A stretch of DNA of 34,650 nucleotides from an uncultured virus (IMG/VR IMGVR_UViG_2684622652_000002) (lineage: Duplodnaviria > Heunggongvirae > Uroviricota > Caudoviricetes). The stretch is taken from IMG/VR virus record IMGVR_UViG_2684622652_000002. The stretch is one strand, 5' to 3'. Numbering within the stretch: the stretch's first letter is position 1; each line of letters begins with the position of its first letter. Position numbers and translations under genes: made by a program. Below the pieces are notes generated by a model. The model saw only the letters and a program-made list of their open reading frames with translations, did no database searches and was not told where the DNA came from. Below are positions 7,655 through 16,848 of the stretch, piece by piece.

Positions 7655-8017
7655 ATGACTGATATTGAGATCGAAAAAGAAATTCAGGCCAAAGGTAAGT
7701 CAGCGCCGCGTCTGACGCCGGATCATATTGAATCGGTTATTGTTAGTGAACACTACTTCACCGCAGGTGACGGTTACGCTGGTGCAGCAGCATTGAATGC
7801 TCAGGAAGGAGAGCTAATTGTTCCGCCGGAGCCACTGGATCTGCTTACTATCTGTGTCCTCATTCTTCGAAATGGCTTCACAGTTACTGGCGAAAGCGCG
7901 TGTGTTAGCCCTAAGAACTTTGATGCTGAGATCGGGCGTAAAGCGGCGCGTCAGAAGGCTATCGATAAAATCTGGACGCTCGAAGGTTATTTGCTTAAAG
8001 AAAAGTTGGCGCAGTAA
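7655..8017 (+). CDS. N4 gp49/Sf6 gene 66 family protein; candidate Acb4-like cyclic-nucleotide sponge
   Basis: LTICVLILRNGFTVTGESACVSPKNFDAEIGRKAARQKAIDKIWTLEGYLLK matches the family signature as recalled. Confidence 0.8.
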   Translation: MTDIEIEKEIQAKGKSAPRLTPDHIESVIVSEHYFTAGDGYAGAAALNAQEGELIVPPEPLDLLTICVLILRNGFTVTGESACVSPKNFDAEIGRKAARQKAIDKIWTLEGYLLKEKLAQ

Positions 8018-8036
8018 CTGGTAATCCTGGCGCTCC

Positions 8037-8066
8037 AAAACCGGTCCTCAGTGGCCGGTTTTTATT
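8037..8066. terminator. Intrinsic, probably bidirectional terminator insulating oriR
   Basis: AAAACCGG...CCGGTTTTT hairpin flanked by A and T runs. Confidence 0.8.
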
Positions 8067-8324
8067 TTATTCACATTATCCACAGGATAGATCCTATAAA
8101 CGATCCAAAAGAGATCCATGTAGTACCAAACAGATCCCGGTACGCTACAGGCCGCACCACATAAGGCTTAAAGCCCTTTCAGGATGTGTGCTGGTGGGAA
8201 AAACATGTGTGCTGGATGGTAAAAAATGTGTGCTGAAGGGTTGAATGTGTGTGCTGGTGGGATATAGGATGTGTGCTGACGGGAACGGATCGCATGTTTT
8301 CCACACTTAACTATTTTATCCACA
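8067..8324. other. Plasmid origin oriR/incC: DnaA boxes, GATC 7-mers and five 19-bp RepA iterons
   Basis: DnaA boxes at 8067-8084 (two in tandem), 8297-8305 and 8316-8324. GATC at 8090, 8102, 8113 and 8133. Iterons of the GATGTGTGCTGGNGGG type at about 8183, 8204, 8225, 8247 and 8268 (21-22-bp period). Confidence 0.95.
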
Positions 8325-8343
8325 GCATGACGGTAACTTATTG

Positions 8344-9204
8344 ATGAGCCAGTCATTTATTTCAGATATCCTTTACGCTGACATTGAAAGCAAGGCAAAA
8401 GAGTTAACAGTCAATTCCAACAATACCGTTCAGCCGGTAGCTCTTATGCGCCTGGGGGTTTTTGTCCCTAAGCCGACAAAAAACCAGGCTGACAACAATG
8501 AGATTGACGCCTCTAAAGTGTTCTCACAGTTGGAGATCGCACAGGCTGAAGGCTATGACAATATCAAAATAACTGGCCCCCGGCTTGATATGGATACTGA
8601 TTTTAAGGTGTGGATCGGCGTTATTTACTCATTCAGTAAGTACGGATTGTCATCCAACACCATCCAGCTCTCGTTCCAGGAATTCGCGAAGGCCTGCGGC
8701 TTTCCCTCAAAGCGGCTGGATGGCAAATTGCGAAACGTCATCCATGACTCACTAGGGCGCCTGCGCAATAAAGGGATCTCCTTTAAGCGCGGTAAAAGCG
8801 CGAGAGGAAGTTACAATACCGGTTTGCTTAAAACCGGTTACTTCGATGCCGAGCGTGATATTGTTGAACTGGAAGCTGACTCGAAGTTGTGGGAGATTTT
8901 CCAGCTTGATTACCGTGTGCTGTTGCAGCAGCATGCGCTCCGGGCGCTACCAAAGAAAGAAGCCGCACAGGCTATCTACACGTTTATTGAAAGTTTGCCT
9001 GCCCGCCCGATCCCTATTTCATTTGCGCGCATACGTGAACGACTGGCTTTGATGTCGTCTGTCAGCGAGCAGAACAGAACGATTAAAAAAGCTATTGAGC
9101 AACTAAAATCAATAGGTTATCTGGACTGTACGATAGAAAAACAAGGGCGAGAAAACTTCATCATTGTTCACTCCCGGAACCCTAAATTGAAGTTAACCGA
9201 TTAA
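8344..9204 (+). CDS. repA: Plasmid replication initiator RepA (P1/IncY-type)
   Basis: 286 aa; SFISDILYADIESKAKELTVNSNNTVQPVALMRLGVFVPKP as in P1 RepA. Flanked by iterons. Confidence 0.97.
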   Translation: MSQSFISDILYADIESKAKELTVNSNNTVQPVALMRLGVFVPKPTKNQADNNEIDASKVFSQLEIAQAEGYDNIKITGPRLDMDTDFKVWIGVIYSFSKYGLSSNTIQLSFQEFAKACGFPSKRLDGKLRNVIHDSLGRLRNKGISFKRGKSARGSYNTGLLKTGYFDAERDIVELEADSKLWEIFQLDYRVLLQQHALRALPKKEAAQAIYTFIESLPARPIPISFARIRERLALMSSVSEQNRTIKKAIEQLKSIGYLDCTIEKQGRENFIIVHSRNPKLKLTD

Positions 9205-9458
9205 GTGTGTGCTGGAGGGAAGACTCTTGTCAAAAATGTGTGCTGGTGGGAATCCTGATGCACTGATGATGAAATTGTGTGTGCTGAAGGGATTGTGGGC
9301 TAAAGTTATGGTAGTTCTTCCCTCCAGCACACATCTTTATCGTTATTTATTCCCTCCAGCACACATCTAACCATCCCCCCTCCCCTCCAGCGCACACACA
9401 ATTCAGCATTATCCATCTGGCACACATCCAGTTATCAAACTTCCCTCCAGCACACATT
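9203..9458. repeat. incA copy-control iteron cluster (about 8 copies: 3 forward, 5 reverse)
   Basis: TGTGTGCTGGAGGG-type copies at about 9203, 9235 and 9275. CCCTCCAGCACACA-type copies at about 9318, 9350, 9381, 9410 (degenerate) and 9441. Confidence 0.93.
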
Positions 9459-9515
9459 CTAACAGCCCCTCCCTGTCCTTTTCGCGGCTTTTGGTAAACT
9501 AGCGCCGAAAAGCGT

Positions 9516-9552
9516 TGCATAAAGAAATATGTATATATTATCATTTTATGCA
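9516..9552 (+). promoter_or_regulatory. Probable par operon promoter/operator (parOP)
   Basis: Imperfect inverted repeat TGCATAAA...TTTATGCA in AT-rich DNA upstream of parA. Confidence 0.5.
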
Positions 9553-9598
9553 GCATTTCTATCTAAATTCAAAAATGCAGCATACAAGGAGCTGTGAC

Positions 9599-10795
9599 AT
9601 GATTGACGTAAGCCAACTTCAGAAAGTTGCTCAAAGAGCAAACAGAATGCTTCATTTACTGACAGATCAGGTTCAGCAGCAAAAGGATGAGTATCACACT
9701 AATGAGTTTCATCAGGTGTATGCAAAAGCTGCATTGTCAAAATTACCTAAGTTAACTCGCGCAAACGTTGATTACGCTGTTAGTGAAATGGAAGAGAAGG
9801 GCTACGTGTTCGATAAGCGTCCAGCCGGCAGTTCCATGAAGTATGCGATGTCTATCCAGAATATTATCGATATCTACCAACACCGGGGGGTGCCGAAGTA
9901 TAGAGATCGCTATGACAGCGCTTACGTTATTTTTGTCGCTAACCTTAAAGGCGGGGTGTCAAAAACGGTGTCAACCGTTTCACTGGCACATGCTATGCGG
10001 GCGCACCCTCACCTTCTGTTTGAAGATCTGCGCATTCTGGTCATTGACCTTGATCCGCAATCATCTGCGACAATGTTCCTTAACCATAAGAGCGCGGTCG
10101 GAATTGTAAACACCACGTCTGCACAGGCAATGTTGCAAAACGTCACTCGCGAAGAGTTACTGGAGGAGTTTATTGTTCCTTCAGTTGTGCCTGGTGTTGA
10201 CGTCATGCCCGCTTCTATTGATGACGCATTTATCGCTTCCGACTGGAAGGATCTATGCGCTACTCACCTGCCTGGGCAAAACGTTCATGCGGTGTTACGA
10301 GAAAACGTGATTGATAAGCTGCGTGGAGATTATGACTTCATCCTCGTTGACAGTGGGCCACACCTCGATGCATTCCTGAAAAATGCGCTGGCATCGGCGG
10401 ATATTTTATTTACCCCACTGCCCCCGGCTACAGTCGATTTCCATTCCTCATTGAAGTATGTGGCGCGCCTGCCTGAGCTGGTCAAGCTCATTGCCTCCGA
10501 AGGATGTGAATGCAAGCTGGCAACCAACATCGGGTTCATGTCGAAATTAAGTAATAAGCCCGATCACAAATATTGTCACAGCCTGGCAAAAGAGGTCTTT
10601 GGCGGGGATATGCTGGATGTGGTTCTTCCACGACTTGATGGCTTTGAGCGCTGCGGCGAATCGTTTGATACCGTTATTTCCGCCAATCCGTCAACTTATG
10701 TCGGTAGCGCTGACGCGCTAAAAAACGCGCGCATCGCAGCAGAAGACTTTGCTAAAGCGGTTTTCGACCGCATTGAATTTATCAGATCTAATTAA
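9599..10795 (+). CDS. parA: Type Ia partition ATPase ParA
   Basis: KGGVSKT deviant Walker A motif and DLDPQ. ATG 9599 with AAGGAG RBS gives 398 aa, as in P1. Confidence 0.97.
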   Translation: MIDVSQLQKVAQRANRMLHLLTDQVQQQKDEYHTNEFHQVYAKAALSKLPKLTRANVDYAVSEMEEKGYVFDKRPAGSSMKYAMSIQNIIDIYQHRGVPKYRDRYDSAYVIFVANLKGGVSKTVSTVSLAHAMRAHPHLLFEDLRILVIDLDPQSSATMFLNHKSAVGIVNTTSAQAMLQNVTREELLEEFIVPSVVPGVDVMPASIDDAFIASDWKDLCATHLPGQNVHAVLRENVIDKLRGDYDFILVDSGPHLDAFLKNALASADILFTPLPPATVDFHSSLKYVARLPELVKLIASEGCECKLATNIGFMSKLSNKPDHKYCHSLAKEVFGGDMLDVVLPRLDGFERCGESFDTVISANPSTYVGSADALKNARIAAEDFAKAVFDRIEFIRSN

Positions 10796-10811
10796 GGACT
10801 AAGGGAAAACC

Positions 10812-11810
10812 ATGAGCAATAAAAAATTACGGCCTGTTGTTGGCCGTGTTTTGGGCCAAACGATGTTGTCTGATAGCGGGCCTGCATCCGCTGATAATAC
10901 CCAGCCAACGCAGGTTTTCACCTTGTCCACCGGGCGACAAGCCACGTTTGTCGAGATTACTGTCCCACCTGAGCGCGTAGAGGGTGAAACCTTTGTTGTG
11001 CAGGAAAACAACGGGCGCGATCAGTCGGCATTAACGCCAGAATCGCTAAAAAACATCACCCGGACGATGAGATTCCAGCAGTTCTACCCCACTATTGGGG
11101 TCAGGAGAGAAGGCAAAATTGAAATACTCGATGGCTCCCGCCGCCGCGCATCAGCTATTTTGTGTAAGGTTGGACTTCGCATTCTGGTTACTGAGCAGGA
11201 TATAACTGTTGCTGAGGCGCAAAGGCTGGCCAAAGATTTACAGACATCTCTTGAGCACAATATCCGAGAGATTGGTTTGCGTCTGATGAACCTCAAAAAC
11301 AACGGAATGAACCAGAAAGAAATCGCCGCCAGCGAAGGGATGTCCCAGGCGAAAGTAACGCGTGCTCTTCAGGCCGCCAGCGCGCCGGAGGAATTGATTA
11401 CCCTCTTCCCTGTTCAGTCAGAACTAACCTATTCAGACTATAGGCAACTGTGTGTTGTCGCTGATGAGATGGGTAATAAAAGTCTGCCACTTGATGAGTT
11501 GGTGAGCAATATTTCTAATGAGGTCGATAAGGTCCAGGCCGACGAGGAACTGGCTGAAGATGAGGTTAAAAACCAAATCATGAAGCTGATTACCAAAGAG
11601 GCGCAAATCCTTACGGTTAAAGGACCGAAAGACAAGGCTATTGTGTCTGAATTATGGAAATTCGATGAAAGGCATCGCTATGCGCGCAAGCGGGTTAAAG
11701 ACCGGGTAGTATCCTATGAGTTCAGTCGAATCCCTCGCGAATTACAGGATGAATTGGATCGTATGATTAATCACTTACTCAAAAAAAATCTTTCCAAGCC
11801 TGAAAACTGA
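10812..11810 (+). CDS. parB: Partition protein ParB
   Basis: EILDGSRRRA arginine patch and HTH MNQKEIAASEGMSQAKVTRAL. Confidence 0.97.
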   Translation: MSNKKLRPVVGRVLGQTMLSDSGPASADNTQPTQVFTLSTGRQATFVEITVPPERVEGETFVVQENNGRDQSALTPESLKNITRTMRFQQFYPTIGVRREGKIEILDGSRRRASAILCKVGLRILVTEQDITVAEAQRLAKDLQTSLEHNIREIGLRLMNLKNNGMNQKEIAASEGMSQAKVTRALQAASAPEELITLFPVQSELTYSDYRQLCVVADEMGNKSLPLDELVSNISNEVDKVQADEELAEDEVKNQIMKLITKEAQILTVKGPKDKAIVSELWKFDERHRYARKRVKDRVVSYEFSRIPRELQDELDRMINHLLKKNLSKPEN

Positions 11811-11815
11811 AAAGT

Positions 11816-11898
11816 GTACCACCCAAATTTCACTATTAAATAATTGTTTTTAAAGCGTTTTCATTGAGAATTTCACGGTGAAATCCCCAGGATTTCAC
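11816..11898. promoter_or_regulatory. parS: Centromere parS (P1 family)
   Basis: BoxA ATTTCAC at 11827, 11870, 11878 (inverted) and 11892. BoxB positions read GTACCA (11816) and TCCCCA (11884). AT-rich IHF-type spacer. Confidence 0.93.
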
Positions 11899-11964
11899 CC
11901 TCTTTTCTTCAGTATTTCACCTCTCCCTCCCTAAAATAATTATCTTGTTTCTTCGCTTGTCAAC

Positions 11965-11983
11965 AAGTGACTTACAATAAAAT
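11965..11983 (+). promoter_or_regulatory. Lpa-type late promoter of the capsid/tail operon
   Basis: AAGTGACTT-N4-TAAAAT versus the P1 -22 consensus AAGTTACTT. Confidence 0.8.
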
Positions 11984-12033
11984 CCGTCCTGAAAAGAGTT
12001 CCACTGCGGTGCCCTGTTTGAAAGGACAATATT

Positions 12034-13737
12034 TTGAACAATCTGCATGACTATCAGGCACGTCTGGCCGATATTGCAAAACGCTCCAAAGCTGTTTTGA
12101 GTTGGACGAGTGCCGCACAGTTTAAAGACGGCGCATTCATCGCTGATGATACCGCCCGTGCCGCCAGTATTTTTGAAGCGGCGACAAAAGACCCGATCTT
12201 TGAAGGCGTCAACGAAAGCATTACCGGCCAGATTGCTACAGCATGGGCCAGCGCCCTGGCGGACTATTCTGCGAAGTATAAAACCCTGCCGCGTCCTGAA
12301 GTGCTGGCATCCTGCCACCAGACACTGGAAAACTGTCTGCTGGAATCTGCCCGTAAAGACATGGGCAATACCAACAAGGCCATGCTGGAATCCGTCTCTA
12401 AAGACATGATGAGTGTTTCCGATGGGGTTATGCGCCTTCCGTTGTTCCTGGCAATGATTCTGCCGTCACAGCTCGGTGCAGCTACTTCTGATGCGTGTAC
12501 CTATATCCCGGTAACTCGCGATCAGTCTGATATCTATGAAATCATCAACGTTGCAGGCTCCTCTTTTGGTTCCTACGCGGCTGGTGATCCGCTCGATATG
12601 CAATCCGTTGGTGTTTATAGCCAGTTGCGTCGTCGCTATGTGCTGGTGGCCAGTGCCGATGGTTCTGCTAAGACCTTCACTTTTAAAATGGCTGACCATG
12701 AAGGCCAGGCGGTCCCAATCCGTAAAGGCCGTTCAAACATCTACGTGAACCGTATTAAGTCTGCTGTAGATAATGGTTCTGGCACTCTGTTACATACCTT
12801 CACTAATAAAGCGAAGAAGCAGATTACCGTAACCTGCTCTCTGAACTACAACACCGGACAGATTGAACTGTCATTCTCTGAAGCTCCTGATGCCGGTACT
12901 GAAATCGCTATCGAAGCTGAAATTAATATCGAAGCAGCGCCGGAGCTTATCCCGCTCATTAACCATGAGATGGCGAAATATACCCTGTTCCCAAGTCAGT
13001 ATGTCATTGCCGCAGAACATACCGTTCAGGCTGCATATGAAGCACAGCGTGAATTTGGTATCGATATGGGCTCGCTGCAATTCCGCACGCTGAAAGATTA
13101 TCTGGCTCACGAACAGGATATGCTGCGCCTGCGCATTATGGTATGGCGTACCCTTCATAAAGAGCACTTCGATATCGCTCTACCGCAGACCCAGACTTTC
13201 GATGTATGGGCGACCATCATCAAGGGTAAATTCCAGACGGTATATCGCAACATCATTGAGCGAGTTAAATCGTCCGGCTCTCAGGGTATGTTTGCGGGTG
13301 CCGATGCTGCGTCCTTCTTCAAGCAGTTACCGCCTTCTTACTTCCAGCCTGCGGAAGATTATACCCAGACTCCGTATGTCCATTTTATTGGCACATTGTT
13401 CGGTAACGTGAAGGTGTTTGAAGTTCCGGTTGGCGTCTGTGAAAACCTTTCTACCGAAGGGATGGAGTTCAACTCTATGGACGTTCTGTGCTACGTGCGT
13501 GATGAAAATCCGGGTAAAGCCGGTTTCGTTACGGGCGATGCTGTTCCGGCAGTTCCGTTCCAGCATCCGACCAGCACCTCTCTGGTTAACCGTACCACTC
13601 TGTGGGGTTCTGCTGTTAACGACATGCATCCGCGTAACGGCGAGGAATACTTCACGAAGGTTTCGCTGACTATGGCGAAAGATGGCGGTATTAACTTCCT
13701 GACCGGTGAAACTATCGACGCTGGCAAGTCTGCGTAA
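12034..13737 (+). CDS. 23: Major capsid protein precursor (P1 gp23)
   Basis: TTG start with AAGGA RBS. ADIAKRSKAVL, MMSVSDGVMRLPLFLAMILP and YSQLRRRYVLV as recalled from P1 gp23. MLE|SV processing-type site. Confidence 0.93.
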   Translation: MNNLHDYQARLADIAKRSKAVLSWTSAAQFKDGAFIADDTARAASIFEAATKDPIFEGVNESITGQIATAWASALADYSAKYKTLPRPEVLASCHQTLENCLLESARKDMGNTNKAMLESVSKDMMSVSDGVMRLPLFLAMILPSQLGAATSDACTYIPVTRDQSDIYEIINVAGSSFGSYAAGDPLDMQSVGVYSQLRRRYVLVASADGSAKTFTFKMADHEGQAVPIRKGRSNIYVNRIKSAVDNGSGTLLHTFTNKAKKQITVTCSLNYNTGQIELSFSEAPDAGTEIAIEAEINIEAAPELIPLINHEMAKYTLFPSQYVIAAEHTVQAAYEAQREFGIDMGSLQFRTLKDYLAHEQDMLRLRIMVWRTLHKEHFDIALPQTQTFDVWATIIKGKFQTVYRNIIERVKSSGSQGMFAGADAASFFKQLPPSYFQPAEDYTQTPYVHFIGTLFGNVKVFEVPVGVCENLSTEGMEFNSMDVLCYVRDENPGKAGFVTGDAVPAVPFQHPTSTSLVNRTTLWGSAVNDMHPRNGEEYFTKVSLTMAKDGGINFLTGETIDAGKSA

Positions 13738-13791
13738 TTCACATGGCCGCTTAATTGAGCGCCCTTTCGGGGGCGCAAAACAGGGAAAGTT

Positions 13792-15390
13792 ATGTCTCAA
13801 TATTCTATTCAACAGACGCTGGGGAATGCCTCCGCTGTCGCGGTAAGCCCGATTAACGCTGATGCCACTCTTACTGCCGGAATTACTCTTAACTCCAGCT
13901 TGTGGGCGGGTGTTGGTGTATTTAATCGCGGTAAGCCGTTTACCGTTCTGACCATCAACAAGTCCAATTTGCTCGACGTTCTCGGCGAACCATTAAAACC
14001 GTCTGCTGGCCCGCAATTTGAACCGCTGCGCCACGTTTATGAGGCGGTGGAGCAAACGTCTGGTTATGTTGTGCGCGTGGTCCCGGATGATGCCAAATTT
14101 CCGGTTATCACCTTTGATGACAAAATGACGCCAGCTTATAACGCGTTACCGTTCGGTTCGGAGGTTGAGCTGGATAGTGGCGAGTTATTCGGTATTTATG
14201 TTGACGATGGCGACCCGTGCGCATCACCGACCCGCGAACTTTCTTTCGCACTTACTGAACCGGACGGCGCCGGTAATCAGCGTTTCATTCTGAAGCTCAC
14301 GCAAACCAGCTCTCTTGGCGTTGTTAATACGCTGGAAACACATACCGTTTCGCTTGCTGAAGAAGCGAAGGACGATATGGGCCGCCTTTGCTACCTTCCT
14401 ACCGCGCTGGAGGCGCGCTCGCGTTACCTGCGCGCGGTTGTGAATAATGAACTGGCCGGTTCCGTTACGCTGAAGGAAAAGAAAGACCTCAAGGACTTAC
14501 GTTTTGCGGGTGGGACTAATGGAGATCAGTCCAAAATCTCAACTCAGGCATATTTGCGGGCAGTTAAAGCGCTTGATAACGCCCCTGTGATGTATACCGC
14601 CGTTCTGGGGTTGGGATGTTATGACAACGCCGCAATTACCGCTCTCGGTGATATTTGCTCCGATCGCCTGATCGACGGCTTCTTTGATGTCAAACCGACG
14701 CTTACTTATGCGGAGGCTTTAAAAGCTGTTGAAGATACTGGTCTGCTGGGCGCCGATCACGTCAGTTGCTGTGTCTATCATTTCCCGTTCACCTGCAAAG
14801 ATAAATGGACGCAATCTCGCATCGCCTTCGGCCTGTCTGGAGCTGCTTATGCGGCTAAAGCTCGCGGGGTTAAGAAAAATACGGATGTCGGCGGATGGCA
14901 TTATTCACCGGCAGGTGAAGAGCGCGCCGTAATCTCGCGCGCGTCCGTTCAGCCACTGTATCCGGAAGATGCGCCGGATGAAGAAAAAATGGTTACTGGC
15001 CGTTTGAATAAGGTGGCGGTAAGCACTACTGGCCAGATGATTATTGATGATGCACTGACGTGCTGTACGCAGAATAACTATCTTCGTTTTCAGCATGTAC
15101 CGTCTTTGATGAATGCAATCAGCCGCTTCTTCGTGCAGCTGGCCCGTCAGTTGAAACATAACCCTGATGGCATCACTGAAAAAGGTTTGCAGAAAGGTAT
15201 GACGAAGCTGCTGGATCGCTTTGTCGCTGCCGGCGCGTTAGTAACGCCTCGCGATCCTGATTCTGATGGCACCGAACCGTATGTTTTAAAAGTGACGCAG
15301 GCCGACTTTGATGAGTGGCAAATCGAATGGGCTTGTTGCCCGACTGGCGTGGCTCGCCGTATCCAGGGTGTGCCGGTACTGATTAAGTAA
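13792..15390 (+). CDS. 22: Contractile tail sheath protein (P1 gp22)
   Basis: 532 aa with sheath-like motifs (FAGGTNGD, GGWHYSPAG). Synteny. Confidence 0.88.
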   Translation: MSQYSIQQTLGNASAVAVSPINADATLTAGITLNSSLWAGVGVFNRGKPFTVLTINKSNLLDVLGEPLKPSAGPQFEPLRHVYEAVEQTSGYVVRVVPDDAKFPVITFDDKMTPAYNALPFGSEVELDSGELFGIYVDDGDPCASPTRELSFALTEPDGAGNQRFILKLTQTSSLGVVNTLETHTVSLAEEAKDDMGRLCYLPTALEARSRYLRAVVNNELAGSVTLKEKKDLKDLRFAGGTNGDQSKISTQAYLRAVKALDNAPVMYTAVLGLGCYDNAAITALGDICSDRLIDGFFDVKPTLTYAEALKAVEDTGLLGADHVSCCVYHFPFTCKDKWTQSRIAFGLSGAAYAAKARGVKKNTDVGGWHYSPAGEERAVISRASVQPLYPEDAPDEEKMVTGRLNKVAVSTTGQMIIDDALTCCTQNNYLRFQHVPSLMNAISRFFVQLARQLKHNPDGITEKGLQKGMTKLLDRFVAAGALVTPRDPDSDGTEPYVLKVTQADFDEWQIEWACCPTGVARRIQGVPVLIK

Positions 15391-15401
15391 GGAAAATATT
15401 T

Positions 15402-16220
15402 ATGAGCAAAAATTACTTTGAATCTGGCACATTCCTGGGAAATGGCCTTGCCCGATTCGCAATGAGTCAAGATCCGGTTCAGTTGCTGGAGTCTGCCCGT
15501 ACAAGCGATACGCCAGAATCTAAACCGACACCAGAATCTAAACCAGCTCCTGCGGCTGCTCCTGTTCAGAAACCGGCGCCGACGCCGGAACCTGCTACCC
15601 CTGATCCGCTGCTTGAAAGCCGTGGCGCAAACATGACGATTGAACAGGTTCATCAGTTAATTCTGGAAGCAGCAAATCGTAGCGCTGCGCAGAATGCTTT
15701 GAGCAATGCCGCCGAAGCTGTGTTTGCATGGGCAGATGGCGGCGATCACTCATACGATGCGCTTGACGGCTTTGTTCAGGCCATTGCCGGTATTTCTGAC
15801 GATGATGATGACGTCACTGATGAACAGGAGGATGCCTATAACGATGCTTGGGGCGATGTTGCGAATTTCCTGGCCGCTTGTGGTGTAAGTGATGACCTGA
15901 TTGAGGCCCTGGCTGATGATGAAGATGATGATGCCGCTGACACTGTGGGTTCGGCAGTAGCCTCTCTTGACGATGAAGATCGTGACGAGCTAGAAGCCGC
16001 GTTCGTTGTGGCGGGTTCTGCTGATGACATGCTGACTGAAGCGTTTAAGAAGGTCGTTCGTAACGGTGAGATTAAGCTCATCAAAAAACGTCTTCGTAAG
16101 AAACGTTTAACCGCAGCTCAAAAATCAGCGTTGAAGAAAGCGCGCCGTAAAGCGCATACCGGCGCCGCCAAACTGGCACGTAAAAAGTCCATGAAGTTAC
16201 GCCGTAAGCGTCTTGGCTAA
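15402..16220 (+). CDS. 21: P1 gp21 homologue; acidic body with a very basic tail, T4 gp68-like prohead core candidate
   Basis: Synteny, repeated LLES motifs and a Lys/Arg-rich C-terminus. Confidence 0.8.
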   Translation: MSKNYFESGTFLGNGLARFAMSQDPVQLLESARTSDTPESKPTPESKPAPAAAPVQKPAPTPEPATPDPLLESRGANMTIEQVHQLILEAANRSAAQNALSNAAEAVFAWADGGDHSYDALDGFVQAIAGISDDDDDVTDEQEDAYNDAWGDVANFLAACGVSDDLIEALADDEDDDAADTVGSAVASLDDEDRDELEAAFVVAGSADDMLTEAFKKVVRNGEIKLIKKRLRKKRLTAAQKSALKKARRKAHTGAAKLARKKSMKLRRKRLG

Positions 16221-16256
16221 GAAGGAGGGGCCGGGTTTCCCCGGCCTTATTGACAG

Positions 16257-16838
16257 ATGGTAATGGAGCGTTATGGCGTTTTCTCTCCTCAAGATGGTGT
16301 ATCTGCCTGCTTAAAGGCTACGTTAGCTAACAGTAAGTTTGCTGTAACAGGCTATATAACGCAGGGTGCCGCTATGAATTTTGCACAGACCTGGGATGCA
16401 CCATTCACTGGTATGTCGATGGGGTCAGTTGGTGGGGCGTTAAGTGGGTTTATTCAAGAAGGAACAGAATTAACCTCTGTTGCTCGATGGAACTCGCTTA
16501 TGGTTTGGGAGGGGGGAACTCCACCTACACTTACATTACCACTTACCTTTTTGGCTCAATATGACCCGTTTATTGAGGTGACAGGAGCTATAGCTGCACT
16601 ATCTGCAATGATTAGCCCTGAACTGAAGGCTGCAAATGCTGGAGGGCGCATACCTGAACGAGTGGCCTTAAATATTGGTCGAAGAATTATCATTCCGGAT
16701 GTAATTATTCAGGATTTAAGTTTCGATCTTGATGCGCCCCGTAACAGCGCCGGTCTATTCTTGCGAAATACAGTTAACCTTCAGCTAAGTGGCTCGCTAA
16801 TGTTTAATGGTTCAGAAGTTTTAGGCATATTCCAATAG
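16257..16838 (+). CDS. pmgG: Tail tube-like/tube initiator protein (P1 PmgG); start may be 16263
   Basis: 193-aa beta-rich ORF. Synteny between 21 and bplB. Confidence 0.72.
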   Translation: MVMERYGVFSPQDGVSACLKATLANSKFAVTGYITQGAAMNFAQTWDAPFTGMSMGSVGGALSGFIQEGTELTSVARWNSLMVWEGGTPPTLTLPLTFLAQYDPFIEVTGAIAALSAMISPELKAANAGGRIPERVALNIGRRIIIPDVIIQDLSFDLDAPRNSAGLFLRNTVNLQLSGSLMFNGSEVLGIFQ

Positions 16839-16848
16839 AGGGATCTAA

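Noticed and set aside
8183..9458. Short repeats resembling a CRISPR array
   Set aside because: They are 19-bp RepA iterons flanking repA, with mixed orientation, no unique ~30-nt spacers and no cas genes.
9515..9598. Longer parA start
   Set aside because: ATG 9599 has an RBS and gives the P1-length protein; the upstream DNA is promoter/operator.
11917..16084. Antisense ORFs inside capsid, sheath and gp21 genes (and similarly in dmt, hrdC, sit, bplA and S)
   Set aside because: Shadow frames of real genes with no recognisable motifs or RBS.
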